Of a DNA stretch of 35,586 bases, positions 34,473-35,586 are shown piece by piece. Origin of the DNA: a virus; the IMG/VR virus record IMGVR_UViG_3300033066_002009, positions 72,961 through 108,546 of that record, one strand, 5' to 3'. Each line of letters opens with the position of its first letter. Within the stretch, counting starts at the first letter, position 1. The notes below the pieces were generated by a model that had not been told where the DNA came from, ran no database searches, and saw only the letters and a list, made by a program, of their open reading frames with translations. A program made the position numbers and the translations under genes.

Positions 34473-34486
34473 CGGGTAAAAGAATG
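34473..34486 (+). promoter_or_regulatory. Degenerate promoter-like motif copy D: GGGTAAAAGAATG
   Basis: Shares GGTAAAAGA but lacks the flanking TTGG and GAG. It lies directly upstream of the large hairpin. Confidence 0.3.
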
Positions 34487-34488
34487 TG

Positions 34489-34573
34489 CACGCCCACCCC
34501 CTTGATCGTACGCGTCTGCTCGACGAGGCTGGCCCGTGTGAGGGGGTGGGTGTGCTCTTCTTTTGGTGTTTAT
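34489..34573 (+). terminator. Long hairpin plus U-rich tract, read as an intrinsic terminator or attenuator
   Basis: CACGCCCACCCCCT and AGGGGGTGGGTGTG form a 14-bp stem with one G.U pair and a 38-nt loop, followed by CTCTTCTTTTGGTGTTTAT. It sits between the upstream operon and the SNF2 gene. Confidence 0.5.
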
Positions 34574-34597
34574 CCGGTAGACAAAGGAGGCGTTTCC

Positions 34598-34621
34598 ATG
34601 GTAAACGCGAAGAACTGATGG
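34598..34621 (+). CDS. Six-codon upstream ORF (MVNAKN) that overlaps the SNF2 start as TGATG
   Basis: SD AAAGGAGG lies 6 nt before this ATG and 26 nt before the SNF2 ATG. That spacing suggests coupled re-initiation. Confidence 0.25.
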
Positions 34622-35586
34622 CCTCCACGATGATCGCCCGAATCGGGGCAGATAACAACGGTACCCCCGTGTTTATCGTCGGCGGGCAGTCAGTGGAGCT
34701 TGAACGACCCTTCGGGGCTACACCAGAGCTGGAAGCGGGCGTATGGAAGTACCCGGCGTACTTTCCGGTGGGACAGATGGTCCTAGACGACTTCAAGGCG
34801 CTGGGGCTCAATATCCAACTGTCTGACAAAGCGAAGGATTATGTAGAAAGCATGACACGGCAGGCTGACGCCTGCCGTACCCTTACACTCCCCGAAGGAT
34901 TTCGTTTTGCCACCACACCCTACCCACATCAGGTGGAAGGGCTCTGTCATGTGTTTTACAAGCTGCGTGCCGCGCTATTTTATGCGCCGGGTCTCGGAAA
35001 GTCCAAGATTGCTATCGACTTGATCCGGCTTCTAAGGCATGTTGGTCAACCCCACAGGACGCTCATTCTAGGCCCCCTTGTAACGATACGGAATTGGGGT
35101 GCGGAGATCGACCGGCACTCCGCAGGAGAGCTTACGTGGCGGGCCATGCTTGGCGACCCGGAAGACAAAATCGCCGAAGTGATGGATGCGTCGGAAAACC
35201 CACCGGACATCTTCTTGGTAACCTACGACACTGCTAAACGGTATGTAGAACTTCTGGCGGAAAAGTTGCCCTATTCAAACGTGATTGCGGACGAAAGCCA
35301 CTATATCAAAGAAGCTTCCGCCGCTCGTACTAAGACAGCCATCGCGCTTGGGACTAAGGCTCGCCGCAAGGTCATCATGACAGGTACTCCAACGCTTGGA
35401 GACCCTGGAGACCTTTACGGACAGTTTAAGTTCTTGGGACACTACTTCATGCCGGAATCGGCATTCAAGTTTAAGCAAGTATTCTATGAGATATCGCCTA
35501 CAAATCGTTACGCAGTGTTGGGCTACAAAAATCTCGGAGTATTGAACAGGCGCGTCCAGCGCATCAGTTTGCGGCGTACAAAAGAA
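34618..35586 (+). CDS. SNF2-family helicase/ATPase, N-terminal part only (the ORF continues past the window edge)
   Basis: Found by hand translation, with no stop up to position 35586. Motifs: HQVEGL...FYAPGLGKSKIAIDLI (Q/Walker A), IADESHYIKE (DExH) and MTGTPTLGDP (motif III). Confidence 0.85.
   Translation, partial: MASTMIARIGADNNGTPVFIVGGQSVELERPFGATPELEAGVWKYPAYFPVGQMVLDDFKALGLNIQLSDKAKDYVESMTRQADACRTLTLPEGFRFATTPYPHQVEGLCHVFYKLRAALFYAPGLGKSKIAIDLIRLLRHVGQPHRTLILGPLVTIRNWGAEIDRHSAGELTWRAMLGDPEDKIAEVMDASENPPDIFLVTYDTAKRYVELLAEKLPYSNVIADESHYIKEASAARTKTAIALGTKARRKVIMTGTPTLGDPGDLYGQFKFLGHYFMPESAFKFKQVFYEISPTNRYAVLGYKNLGVLNRRVQRISLRRTKE

Noticed and set aside
34484-34618. 45-codon ORF MCTPTPLIV... 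starting right after motif D
   Set aside because: It reads straight through the 14-bp terminator stem. It is more plausibly an untranslated leader. Only the last six codons, behind a strong SD, look translatable.
1-35586. CRISPR arrays, tRNA genes, integrase/transposase or IS elements, terminase large subunit
   Set aside because: There are no spaced direct repeats and I recognised no cloverleaf-compatible segments. No ORF shows integrase, recombinase or DDE motifs. No ORF combines a Walker A/B ATPase with a nuclease as a large terminase would. The packaging genes presumably lie outside this window.

Overview
Scope: this is a GC-rich window, roughly 55-60% GC by eye, and it reads like part of a tailed-phage-like viral genome. 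I have no tools, so every product call rests on motifs I can read in the supplied translations and on my own hand translation of the DNA.

Overall layout. Positions 1-30445 are essentially one long leftward (minus-strand) block of tightly packed genes. Many of them overlap with ATGA or TAATG/TGATG stop-start junctions, which implies translational coupling. From 30446 onward there is a divergent region of strand switches that contains rightward, early-looking genes.

Key content:

1. A compact, phage-encoded multisubunit RNA polymerase. A 1490-aa ORF (25973-30445) fuses a beta-like N-terminal part to the N-terminal half of beta'. It carries GRFGNKGVIAKI, NRAPTLHR and NADYDGD. A separate 601-aa ORF (23346-25151) carries the C-terminal half of beta', with the RSPMTCE...GLCQKCEG...IGVRAAQSMAEP trigger-loop region. 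Four small co-translated ORFs are interleaved with these two.

2. A shared N-terminal motif. At least nine otherwise unrelated proteins begin with the same ~22-residue motif, consensus M-[LT]-x-x-x-[AS]-Y-[NE]-x-G-x-x-[AS]-A-L-S-R-[YF]-G-[VL]-K. The set includes the four small ORFs in the RNAP operon, an SNF2/DEAH ATPase, and several G/A/P/M-rich disordered proteins.

3. A morphogenesis-like module. It comprises a 975-aa protein with a long M/G/P/Q low-complexity tract, a 594-aa protein, a scaffold-like 215-aa protein, a ~155-aa beta-rich protein, and a 306-aa major-capsid candidate followed by a perfect bidirectional intrinsic terminator. Downstream are small virion-like proteins and a tail-fibre-like ORF that runs off the left edge of the window.

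4. A promoter-like motif. TTGGTAAAAGAG(AAT) occurs four times on the plus strand, all in intergenic spots of the 30.4-34.5 kb region. Each copy sits ahead of something: a ~400-nt hairpin-rich non-coding stretch ending in an intrinsic terminator, small transmembrane proteins, two small helical proteins, and a second SNF2-family helicase that runs off the right edge. The helicase is preceded by an attenuator-like hairpin and a 6-codon upstream ORF.

5. A self-contained opposite-strand cassette (a "moron": promoter-ORF-terminator unit inserted among structural genes) with a Cys/His-rich ORF at 8748-9122.

I found no tRNA, rRNA, CRISPR array, integrase or transposase.
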